Below are positions 16,194 through 24,679 of a stretch of 64,000 nucleotides of DNA, piece after piece (the stretch's first letter is position 1; every line of letters starts with the position of its first letter). Both the position numbers and the translations under genes were made by a program. This stretch comes from a bacterium (GTDB taxonomy: Bacteria; Electryoneota; B3-LCP). Location of the stretch: the NCBI GenBank assembly GCA_026394195.1, contig JAPKYS010000054.1:20583-84582 (forward strand), in the 5' to 3' direction. Under the pieces are notes generated by a model. That model had not been told where the DNA came from. It saw only the letters and a program-made list of their open reading frames with translations, and made no database searches.

Positions 16194-17744
16194 ATGACGC
16201 AATCGAAATCCCGGCTGGTGGGATGGCTGGTTTTAATCGTAGTCATCAGCATTGCACTCTATCTCTACTTCGGGCTGATTCATAATAAAGACACTCAGAA
16301 CTCTCAACCGCCTGCGGCGAAAGAGGTCTACACCTGCCCCATGCATCCGGAGATCATACGGGATAATCCTGGTGATTGCCCTATCTGCGGCATGAAATTG
16401 GTGATCATGAAAACCGCCGACAGTACCGTAACGAATCCGTCATCTCAACCGGAATCGAAATCCGCTGAATCCAACGAGGCTGTGAAATATCAGTGCCCCA
16501 TGCATCCAGCGATCATCCGGGATCAACCGGGTGACTGCCCCATCTGCGGCATGAAACTGGTCCAGATGAAGAGTACTTCCCAGAACCAGGGAACGTCTCA
16601 TCCCTCGGATCCCAAGAGGATCGCATTCTATCGCTCACCGATGGATCCCAAACAGACTTCACCGACGCCCCGCAAGGACGAGATGGGGATGGACTATATT
16701 CCAGTCTATGAAGAAGAGGCTTCCGGCGGTGGGGGCAACGTATCCAACCGCGTTGAGGTCACTATCGATCCATCGCGGCAGCAATTGATCGGACTCCGTA
16801 CAGCCACTGTCATGCACAGCGATATCAGCTCTGACTGGCGTACCGTCGGAGTCGTCCAGATCAATCCCACCAAAGTGACGAAAACGAACGTCAAAGTATT
16901 TGGCTACGTGGAAAAAGTTTTTGCAGATTTCGTCGGCAAATCCGTACGACGCGGCGAACCCCTTTTCACCTACTACAGCCCCGATCTCCTGGCGGCACAG
17001 CAGGATTACCTGCTTGCTCATAAGGCGAGCCGCTCAGGCGGCGTCGATGCGTCAAACGACAGTCTGATGCTTTCCGTGGTGCGCCAGAAACTGATGCTCT
17101 GGGACGTCTCTCAAGTAGACATTATTCGGCTTGAACAGACCGGAGCGGCAACCAGGGCGTTGACCATTGTTTCGCCGGTTACCGGAGTTGTCACGGCAAA
17201 AAACATTGTCGCGGGTTCATCCATGAATCCCGGTGACGCAGCATACGAAATCACTGACCTGAATTCGGTTTGGGTCCTCGCCGATGCTTACCAATCCGAT
17301 GCAGCTAACATCAAAATCGGTATGTCAGCCACTATAACTTTGCAATCCTTGCCGCATCGTATCTTCAAGGGAACTGTAGCGTTTGTCGATCCGTTGCTGG
17401 ATCCACAGAGTCGTACATTTAAAGTTCGAATCAACGTCGATAATTCCAGCGGCGAGCTGAAGCCCGAAATGTTTGCAGATATCGAGCTTCAGAGTTCAGG
17501 ACATGATGCGCTGACGATTCCGGCAGATGCCATCATCCCATCCGGAAGAACGAATATGGTTTTTGTCGCCCTTAGCGAAGGCAAATTCCAGCCTCGAGCA
17601 GTAAAGTTGGGTGAGAAATCCGGCGACCGCGTCGAGGTTATAGAAGGGCTCAGCGAGGGCGAAAATGTCGTTACACGCGCGAATTTCTTGATAGATTCCG
17701 AGTCCTCGCTCCGCTCTGCACTGGCTGCCGTGGGAGGGAATTAG
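16194..17744 (+). CDS. cusB: CusB-type RND periplasmic adaptor with N-terminal heavy-metal-binding repeats
   Basis: ATG 16194 after AAGGA. Two YxCPMHP..PGDCPICGMKLV domains, an FYRSPMDP..KDEMGMDY motif, YSPDLLAAQQDY, LKPEMFA and NFLIDSES. Confidence 0.9.
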   Translation: MTQSKSRLVGWLVLIVVISIALYLYFGLIHNKDTQNSQPPAAKEVYTCPMHPEIIRDNPGDCPICGMKLVIMKTADSTVTNPSSQPESKSAESNEAVKYQCPMHPAIIRDQPGDCPICGMKLVQMKSTSQNQGTSHPSDPKRIAFYRSPMDPKQTSPTPRKDEMGMDYIPVYEEEASGGGGNVSNRVEVTIDPSRQQLIGLRTATVMHSDISSDWRTVGVVQINPTKVTKTNVKVFGYVEKVFADFVGKSVRRGEPLFTYYSPDLLAAQQDYLLAHKASRSGGVDASNDSLMLSVVRQKLMLWDVSQVDIIRLEQTGAATRALTIVSPVTGVVTAKNIVAGSSMNPGDAAYEITDLNSVWVLADAYQSDAANIKIGMSATITLQSLPHRIFKGTVAFVDPLLDPQSRTFKVRINVDNSSGELKPEMFADIELQSSGHDALTIPADAIIPSGRTNMVFVALSEGKFQPRAVKLGEKSGDRVEVIEGLSEGENVVTRANFLIDSESSLRSALAAVGGN

Positions 17745-17745
17745 C

Positions 17746-20700
17746 ATGTTGCAGCGGATTATTCGCTTTTCCGCCGAGAACAAGTTCCTCGTAGTCGGAG
17801 CCACGTTGGTTGCGCTGATGATCGCATTCTGGACCATGCAGCGCATTCCGCTGGATGCATTGCCCGATCTTTCAGACACACAGGTGATTGTGTATTCCAA
17901 GTGGGATCGCAGTCCGGACATTCTTGAAGATCAGGTGACTTACCCGATCATCAGTGCCCTACTCGGTGCGCCCAAGGTTAAGGCAATCCGCGGATTCTCA
18001 GATTTCGGCTACAGCTATGTCTACGTGATTTTCGAAGACGGCACGGACATCTACTGGGCGCGAACACGCGTGCTCGAATACCTTTCCAAGATCACTTCGC
18101 AACTTCCCGCCGGCGTGAAGACTGAATTGGGGCCAGATGCAACAAGTCTTGGATGGGTTTTTCAATACGCCCTGCTGGACTCTACCGGGAAGAATAGCAG
18201 TGATGAGTTGCGCAGTTACCAGGATTGGTTTTTACGGTACGAGGTTCAGAGCGTACCCGGTGTGGCAGAGGTGGCTACAGTTGGTGGTCAGGTGCGGCAG
18301 TACCAGATAACAGTCGATCCGAATAAACTTGCCAATTACGGTTTGCCGCTGGACAGGGTGGTCGAGGCGGTCCGCAAGGGCAACAACGACGTAGGCGGTC
18401 GCCTCGTGGAAATTTCCGGCCGTGAATATATGGTGCGTGGTCGAGGGTATGTGAAATCCATCGGTGATCTCGAGAGTCTCGTCCTCAAATCGGAGAATGG
18501 CACGCCGATCACAGTCAAAGACGTCGCGACTGTGCAATTAGGCCCGGAATTGAGACGTGGTATCGCCGATTACAACGGCAAAGGGGACGTTGTCGGTGGT
18601 ATCGTGGTTATGCGTCAGGGAGAGAACGCGCTGAACGTGATTAATCGCGTGAAAGCCAAATTGGAGGATCTTAAGCCTTCGCTACCGCCCGGTGCGACGA
18701 TTATCACCACGTATGACCGCTCGGAACTGATTGATCGAGCGATTGATACGGTGAAAAGCAAGCTCATTGAAGAAATGATCGTCGTTGCGCTCATCATCCT
18801 TTTGTTCCTCTGGCATATTCCTTCTGCGTCAATTCCGATTGTAACCATACCTGTGAGTGTAGCGCTGGCATTCATTCCCATGTACTTAATGGGGCTCACT
18901 GCCAACTTGATGTCGCTTGCCGGTATCGCGATTTCCATCGGTGTCCTCGTGGATGGAGCGATTGTGGAGGTGGAGAACGCGTACAACAAGATCTATCACT
19001 GGCAGGCAGCCGGGTCAAAAGGTGATTTTTACAAGGTGCGACTTGAAGCCCTGATGGAAGTGGGACCTTCAGTATTCTTCTCGCTGCTCGTGATAGCGGT
19101 TGCCTTCATGCCCATCTTTACGCTGGTAGATCAGGAAGGTCGTCTGTTTAAGCCGCTTGCCTATTCGAAGAATCTTGCCATGGCGATTGCCGCGATTCTC
19201 GCCGTTACGCTTGATCCGGCAATGCGGATGATGTTCGCGCGCATTAAACCGTATCAGTTCAAACCCAAATTCCTCGCATGGACCGCCACCAAACTTGTGG
19301 TTGGAAAGTATTATTCCGAAGAAAAGCACCCCATCAGCAAGTTGATGCACAGGATCTATGACGGTCCTTGCCGTTTTGTGCTGCGACACCCCAAAGCCAC
19401 GATTCTGGCGAGTTTCGTGATAGTGCTTCTGACCATTCCGGTCTATATGAAGCTTGGATCCGAATTCATGCCGCCGCTCCGGGAAGGATCTCTGCTGTAC
19501 ATGCCTTCTGCTGTGCAGCCGGGAATGTCCGTTGCCGAGGCGCAGCAAGCTCTGCAGGTACAAGATAAGTTGCTGATGACGATTCCCGAGATCGACCGTG
19601 TTTTCGGCAAGGCTGGTCGCGCGGAAACATCCACCGATCCCGCGCCATTCACCATGATGGAAACGACCATTCTTTTGAAGCCCGAATCGCAATGGCGCGA
19701 AAAGCCTCGTTGGTATTCAAGCTGGTCCCCGGAGTGGTTGAAAAGCGTCCTTCGCACCATGTGGCGTGACCGGATTACGGAAGCTGAATTGGTCGCCGAA
19801 TTGGATGAGACGCTGCAGTTGCCAGGCATCAGCAACGCCTGGACGATGCCGATTAAGGCTCGTCTCGACATGCTGTCAACGGGGATTCGCACACCCGTGG
19901 GCATTAAGGTATCGGGCGCCGATCTCGCTACCATTCAGCAAATCGCCGTAAATATCGAGACCGCTCTGCAAAAGGTTCCGGATACTCGCAGCGTCTATGC
20001 GGAACGCGTTGCGGGTGGCTACTTCCTTGATTTCGTATTGAAACGAGATCGACTGGCTCGTTATGGCCTCTCTGTTGATGATGCCAACATGATGGTCATG
20101 ACCGCAGTCGGCGGCGATAATCAAACCACCACCTATGAAGGTCGGGCGCGCTATGGTGTGAATGTTCGCTATGCTCGGGACTTCCGAAACGATCTCAATG
20201 CCCTGCGTCGTGTTCTGATTTCCCTGCCCGATGGCAAGGGACAAATTCCCATGGAGGAGATCGCTGACATTAATTTGGTGGAAGGTCCGTCGATGATTCG
20301 AGACGAGAACGGTCTCCTGGCGGGCTATGTCTTCGTGGACTTCGACCCTTCCAAAGTGGACGTCGGGCGGTATGTTGAGAATGCGAAACAGGCAGTAGCT
20401 GCCTCCGTGACAACTCCCGCCGGCTATTCGTTAGTTTGGAGTGGGCAGTACGAAAATATGTTACGAGTGCAGGAACGGCTGAAGTTCATTGTGCCTCTTA
20501 CGCTGGTGTTGATCTTCGCCTTGCTCTATATGAATACCAAATCGGGATTCAAATCCCTGGTTGTGATGCTCGCAGTTCCGTTTTCAGCGGTCGGCGCGAT
20601 CTGGTTGCTGTATCTGCTCGGATACAACATCTCCATCGCGGTTTGGGTTGGCATGATTGCGCTGTTAGGTCTCGATGCAGAAACCGGAGTCTTCATGCTG

Positions 20701-21042
20701 CTCTTTCTCGATCTCTCGCATGCTGAGGCGAAAGCCAAAGGACTACTCCGTACTACCGGCGATCTGACGGAAGCAATCGTGCATGGCGCCGTAAAACGAG
20801 TTCGCCCCAAGGCGATGACGGTCTTCGCCGCGTTTCTCGGATTGCTGCCAATCATGTGGTCAACGGGAACTGGGTCGGACGTCATGAAGCGCATCGCCGC
20901 TCCCATGGTCGGAGGTTTGATCACCTCATTTGCCATGGAACTTCTGGTCTATCCCCCTATCTACTATCTGTGGAAGCGGAAGGAAGTTGTTCCTGGAGAG
21001 CCGACGTCACCCGAAGTGGTAACCTCGATGCCTGTTGCCTGA
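17746..21042 (+). CDS. cusA: CusA/CzcA heavy-metal efflux RND permease (Cu/Ag type)
   Basis: PLDALPDLSDTQVIV, LGPDATSLGWVFQYAL, GSEFMPPL, TDPAPFTMMET, MPIKARLDML and KRIAAPMVGG. Confidence 0.95.
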   Translation: MLQRIIRFSAENKFLVVGATLVALMIAFWTMQRIPLDALPDLSDTQVIVYSKWDRSPDILEDQVTYPIISALLGAPKVKAIRGFSDFGYSYVYVIFEDGTDIYWARTRVLEYLSKITSQLPAGVKTELGPDATSLGWVFQYALLDSTGKNSSDELRSYQDWFLRYEVQSVPGVAEVATVGGQVRQYQITVDPNKLANYGLPLDRVVEAVRKGNNDVGGRLVEISGREYMVRGRGYVKSIGDLESLVLKSENGTPITVKDVATVQLGPELRRGIADYNGKGDVVGGIVVMRQGENALNVINRVKAKLEDLKPSLPPGATIITTYDRSELIDRAIDTVKSKLIEEMIVVALIILLFLWHIPSASIPIVTIPVSVALAFIPMYLMGLTANLMSLAGIAISIGVLVDGAIVEVENAYNKIYHWQAAGSKGDFYKVRLEALMEVGPSVFFSLLVIAVAFMPIFTLVDQEGRLFKPLAYSKNLAMAIAAILAVTLDPAMRMMFARIKPYQFKPKFLAWTATKLVVGKYYSEEKHPISKLMHRIYDGPCRFVLRHPKATILASFVIVLLTIPVYMKLGSEFMPPLREGSLLYMPSAVQPGMSVAEAQQALQVQDKLLMTIPEIDRVFGKAGRAETSTDPAPFTMMETTILLKPESQWREKPRWYSSWSPEWLKSVLRTMWRDRITEAELVAELDETLQLPGISNAWTMPIKARLDMLSTGIRTPVGIKVSGADLATIQQIAVNIETALQKVPDTRSVYAERVAGGYFLDFVLKRDRLARYGLSVDDANMMVMTAVGGDNQTTTYEGRARYGVNVRYARDFRNDLNALRRVLISLPDGKGQIPMEEIADINLVEGPSMIRDENGLLAGYVFVDFDPSKVDVGRYVENAKQAVAASVTTPAGYSLVWSGQYENMLRVQERLKFIVPLTLVLIFALLYMNTKSGFKSLVVMLAVPFSAVGAIWLLYLLGYNISIAVWVGMIALLGLDAETGVFMLLFLDLSHAEAKAKGLLRTTGDLTEAIVHGAVKRVRPKAMTVFAAFLGLLPIMWSTGTGSDVMKRIAAPMVGGLITSFAMELLVYPPIYYLWKRKEVVPGEPTSPEVVTSMPVA

Positions 21043-21218
21043 TCGTATGGTCGCAGGGCACCGGCGCCGACCTGATGAAACCGATCGCAGCTCCGATGAT
21101 CGGCGGGCTGCTGACTTCAGCGGTGCACGTTCTGATCGTCACTCCGGTGATCTTCGCTCTGATGAAAGAGCGTGAAATGAAAAGAGGCGAGCTGAAACCG
21201 GCAGAAATGCATTTTTAA
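21032..21218 (+). pseudogene. cusA: 3' remnant of a second, divergent cusA allele
   Basis: Reads (LLP)IVWSQGTGADLMKPIAAPMIGGLLTSAVHVLIVTPVIFALMK...stop, homologous to the last TM segment of the intact cusA. No start codon or RBS. Confidence 0.85.
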
Positions 21219-21246
21219 GGAAACCCTTCGTAGCTGAGAATAAACA

Positions 21247-21299
21247 GGGCGCAGCATGCTGCGCCCCGTTTTTCTCGTGACTCGTGACTCGAAACTCGT
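21247..21299. repeat. GTAG-family REP/terminator plus TCGTGAC heptamers
   Basis: GGGCGCAGCATGCTGCGCCC followed by a T-run and TCGTGAC repeats. Same arrangement at 45839-45876. Confidence 0.8.
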
Positions 21300-21300
21300 A

Positions 21301-23142
21301 CTACTTCAGTAAAACCATTTTCCCTGTCAGCATAGTCGGGGTCGCCCCTGACCCCGACGCTGACAGTCTGTAGAGATAGACACCGGAGACCAGCTCTGAC
21401 CCATCAAACGTCACCTCGTGCGATCCCGCCTCCCTCCAGCCGTTGATTAACGTGGTAACCAACCGCCCGGAAACGTCGAACACCTCCAACGTTACGAGAC
21501 TGTTCGCAGGCAGATCAAAACAGATGATCGTAGTGGGGTTGAAGGGGTTGGGAAAGTTCTGCTCCAAGCGATACTCTGACGGCAGCGGCGCGCCGAAAGC
21601 GGTTGCGACCGGCTGCTGCCAGTTGGGCAGGTCGGTAGCGGAATATTTGATGGTGGCGTAGTCGCTACCGGTTCCTATTCCCCTGCTATAACCTGTTACG
21701 TAGGCGTTGCCGTTGCCGTCCACCTCCAGGCTGGTAGCATAATCATCGCCGTTACCAGACCCCTGGTAGCGCGCCACCCACTCCTGAACTCCGGCGGAAT
21801 TGTACTTGATGCTGGCGTAGTCTTCATTAGTCTCCCCGCTTCCAGGACTATAACCTGTTACATAGACGTTGCCGCTGCCGTCCACCGCCAGGCTGGTAGC
21901 CTCATCATAGTCGTTACCAGGCCCATTATAGCGCGCCACCCACTGCTGAACTCCGGTGGAATTGTACTTGATGGTGGCGTAGTCGTAACCAGTCCCGCCT
22001 CCATCACTCCAACCCGTTACGTAGACGTTGCCGCTGCCGTCCACCGCCAGGCTGTTAGCACTATCAACGTCGTTATCAGTCCCGTTGTAGCGCGCCACCC
22101 ACTCCTGAACCCCGGAGGAATTGTACATCATGGTGGCGTAGTCTCGATTAGTCCCACTTCCATAACTATAACCTGTTATGTAGATGTTGCCGCTGCCGTC
22201 CACCGCCAGGCTGGTAGCCTCATCAGGGTCGCTACCAGGCCCGTTGTAGCGCGCCACCCACTGCTGAACCCCGGAGGAATTGTACTTGATGGTGGCGTAG
22301 TCGCCATTAGTAGCGCTTCCCCAACTATAACCCGTTACGTAGACGTTGCCGCTGCCGTCCACCGCCAGGCTTCTAGCCCAATCATCGCGATTACCAGGCC
22401 CGTTGTAGCGCGCCGCCCACTCCTGAACTCCGGCGGAACTGTATTTGATGGTGGCGTAGTCGTCATAAGTCCCGCTTCCCCAACTATAACCCGTTACGTA
22501 GACGTTGCCGCTGCCGTCCACCGCCAGGCTTGTAGCATAATCATCGCCGTTACTAGGCCCGTTGTAGCGCGCCACCCACTCCTGAAATCCGGCGGAATTG
22601 TACTTGATGGTGGCGTAGTCGTCATCAGTCCCGCTTCCATGACTATAACCTGTCACGTAGACGTTGCCGCTGCCGTCCACCGCCAGGCTTGTAGCATAAT
22701 CATAGATGTTTCCCGGTCCGTTGTAGCGCGCCACCCATTCTGGCGGCTTCAGTTTACAAAAAACTAACTGATCGCTATCCCAGATGGTGTTGGGGTAGAT
22801 GCCGATATTGGCAGTCAAGACATAATTACCCATGGGCGATGCTGCTGGAGCGGTTTGCATAAAAGATCGTTGGATGGTTTGCCCCGCGGTAATCCCTGCC
22901 GTCCAAGGTTGCAGCGTCACGCGCTGTTCCCCATCCGGCGCGGTAATAACGCACCACAAGGTACATTGCTGGGGTGTGGATTCATGGTTGGTCACAGAAA
23001 CTTGATAGTTGAACGATCCCCCTTCCGGAGGGATCTCGGTGGGATTAATCAGTGGCGTGACTTGGACGGTGAGATACTGAGCGAAAGCGATAGTGGCGGT
23101 TACCAGCAGAACCGCAAGAATAGAGAAATGAGAACAGCGCAT
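21301..23142 (-). CDS. Secreted SBBP-repeat seven-bladed beta-propeller protein with T9SS-like CTD
   Basis: GGAG RBS, signal peptide, seven 53-aa repeats WVARYNG..SLAVDGSGNVYVTG..DYATIKY, and C-terminal PNPFNP..GVYLYRL..KMVLLK. Confidence 0.92.
   Translation of the reverse strand: MRCSHFSILAVLLVTATIAFAQYLTVQVTPLINPTEIPPEGGSFNYQVSVTNHESTPQQCTLWCVITAPDGEQRVTLQPWTAGITAGQTIQRSFMQTAPAASPMGNYVLTANIGIYPNTIWDSDQLVFCKLKPPEWVARYNGPGNIYDYATSLAVDGSGNVYVTGYSHGSGTDDDYATIKYNSAGFQEWVARYNGPSNGDDYATSLAVDGSGNVYVTGYSWGSGTYDDYATIKYSSAGVQEWAARYNGPGNRDDWARSLAVDGSGNVYVTGYSWGSATNGDYATIKYNSSGVQQWVARYNGPGSDPDEATSLAVDGSGNIYITGYSYGSGTNRDYATMMYNSSGVQEWVARYNGTDNDVDSANSLAVDGSGNVYVTGWSDGGGTGYDYATIKYNSTGVQQWVARYNGPGNDYDEATSLAVDGSGNVYVTGYSPGSGETNEDYASIKYNSAGVQEWVARYQGSGNGDDYATSLEVDGNGNAYVTGYSRGIGTGSDYATIKYSATDLPNWQQPVATAFGAPLPSEYRLEQNFPNPFNPTTIICFDLPANSLVTLEVFDVSGRLVTTLINGWREAGSHEVTFDGSELVSGVYLYRLSASGSGATPTMLTGKMVLLK
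21640..22740 (-). repeat. Seven intragenic 159-bp tandem repeats
   Basis: Near-identical DNA scaffold (AGCCTGGCGGTGGACGGCAGCGGCAAC) at a 159-nt period; repeat 6 has one extra codon. Confidence 0.95.
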
Positions 23143-23235
23143 GGTGGTCTCCTAAAAGAAAAGAATTGATGATTATACTCGATGGGGTAGCGTCAGTGAG
23201 TATAAAAAGGTAGTAGAACGCCAACCTACCTCAAG

Positions 23236-23264
23236 AATATACACAACTATTTCCCAAAAGTCAA
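23236..23264 (-). promoter_or_regulatory. sigma70-type promoter for the SBBP gene
   Basis: TTGACT (23264-23259), 17-nt spacer, TATATT (23241-23236). Confidence 0.75.
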
Positions 23265-23326
23265 GCAAATAAATCGGCGGTGGAAAGAAATTCATGAAAT
23301 TTTGATCAGATAAAACCAATGAAAGC

Positions 23327-23351
23327 AAAAAAGCGACCCACCGGCCGCTTT
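23327..23351 (-). terminator. Rho-independent terminator after pgpA
   Basis: Minus strand AAAGCGGCC-GGTG-GGTCGCTTT followed by a T-run. Confidence 0.6.
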
Positions 23352-23374
23352 ATTCTTCTATCTTCAATCTCCAA

Positions 23375-23821
23375 TTATTGGCAAATCTTCCCTACAACCG
23401 ACAGAAACAGACACGTATACACCCCCACGATCACGTCGTCAATCATAATGCCCCAACCGCCGGGGAGTTTCTGCGACACACGCGCCGGAAAGGGTTTCCA
23501 CACGTCTAAGGCGCGGAAGATCAAGAAGGAAGCGATATAAACGGGGATGGTTCTGGGCAGAAACAACAGCGAGATCCACTGCCCCACGAACTCATCGAAG
23601 GTTGCTTGCTTGGGGTCATGGCCGTAGGTGTTCTCCATCTGGGTGCAGATGGGCACGCCGATGAAGAAGGTCACGACCACCAGGATAATCTGCGTGGTCG
23701 GTCGGAGCGGTGGCAGGAGTATCCAAATCAAAAGAGCAGCCAGGCTGCCCACCGTCCCCGATGCCACCGGAGCGTACCCCGTCCCCAACCCGCTGCCGAT
23801 GGCTTTAATGATGAATTTCAA
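23375..23821 (-). CDS. pgpA: Phosphatidylglycerophosphatase A
   Basis: GLGTGYAPVASGTVGS, HDPKQATFDEFVGQ, FRALDVWKPFP, GGWGIMIDD. Confidence 0.95.
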   Translation of the reverse strand: MKFIIKAIGSGLGTGYAPVASGTVGSLAALLIWILLPPLRPTTQIILVVVTFFIGVPICTQMENTYGHDPKQATFDEFVGQWISLLFLPRTIPVYIASFLIFRALDVWKPFPARVSQKLPGGWGIMIDDVIVGVYTCLFLSVVGKICQ

Positions 23822-23848
23822 AAATGTCCCCCGCTGAATGATAACCTG

Positions 23849-24496
23849 TCAGGTTGAGTTGCGAGTCTCGTAGCGGCTGCCGGTAATGTAAATAATCCCC
23901 GAAACCACCGTGACCAGCATACAGATGATGAAAAGAATATGTACGATTGAAATGAGGAACTTGTCTCCGGGATAGTAGGCAGCGCTTTCGGGAACAACCC
24001 GGCTGAAATGGCGGAAGTTAAGCAGGACCAGGGTGATGATGATGGTGAACAGTTGAGTGGTGGTTTTGGCTTTGCCCCACATGCTGGTAATCAAAGGCGT
24101 TTCCTGCTTGACCGCCCAGATGCGCAGCACTGTGATGCCGATTTCGCGCACGGCGATAATCGCCACCCAGACCGCCAGATAGGTGGCAACGCCCGCAAAC
24201 TCTTCTCGCAGCACGATAGTGACGAAAGCTGACAAGGTGAGCAATTTATCGGCTAAGGGATCGGCGAATTTGCCAAATGCGGTAACCAGATTAAATTTTC
24301 GAGCCAGTCGGCCGTCCAGGTGGTCGGTCAGTGCGGCAATTATGAAAAAAAGCGTGCCCAACATCTGCCAGATCAGGTCATGGGAGAGGACCAGAACGAC
24401 GATCACGGGCGCCAGAAGCAAGCGAAGTCCTGTCAAGATATTGGGCAGGTTTACAATCATGGCGTCAGCTGAGCTGGTTGACTGGCGTTTAAGCAT
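23849..24496 (-). CDS. pgsA: CDP-diacylglycerol--glycerol-3-phosphate 3-phosphatidyltransferase
   Basis: NLPNILTGLR and the CDP-alcohol phosphotransferase motif DHLDGRLARK..FGKFADPLADK. The start may be ATG 24460. Confidence 0.93.
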   Translation of the reverse strand: MLKRQSTSSADAMIVNLPNILTGLRLLLAPVIVVLVLSHDLIWQMLGTLFFIIAALTDHLDGRLARKFNLVTAFGKFADPLADKLLTLSAFVTIVLREEFAGVATYLAVWVAIIAVREIGITVLRIWAVKQETPLITSMWGKAKTTTQLFTIIITLVLLNFRHFSRVVPESAAYYPGDKFLISIVHILFIICMLVTVVSGIIYITGSRYETRNST

Positions 24497-24522
24497 CTTT
24501 GCATGATGCTCTTTACTGCCTT

Positions 24523-24617
24523 GTAGGGGCGCATGGCCTGCGCCCGTTTGTCCCGAATAGAGTACCCGCTGAAGACGTTTTTTACTTGGTTACTTGGTTA
24601 CTTATTCACTTGTTTAC
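24523..24617. repeat. GTAG REP plus octamer tandem repeat
   Basis: GTAGGGGCGCATGGCCTGCGCCC, then a TTACTTGG/TTCACTTG run, which is the reverse complement of the runs at 426 and 49459. Confidence 0.8.
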
Positions 24618-24679
24618 AACCCGGGTGCGGCCAGTTTTTTACCCTGACCGCACCACAGAATTATACTCGCGAGGTTCCC

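Noticed and set aside
20856-21218. 120-aa ORF as a real gene
   Set aside because: The first half is an off-frame read of cusA. Only the part from about 21032 is meaningful, as a remnant.
21640-22740. Repeats as CRISPR or as a complete DGR
   Set aside because: They are in-frame protein repeats. No template repeat or reverse transcriptase is visible in the window, so only the codon pattern is reported.
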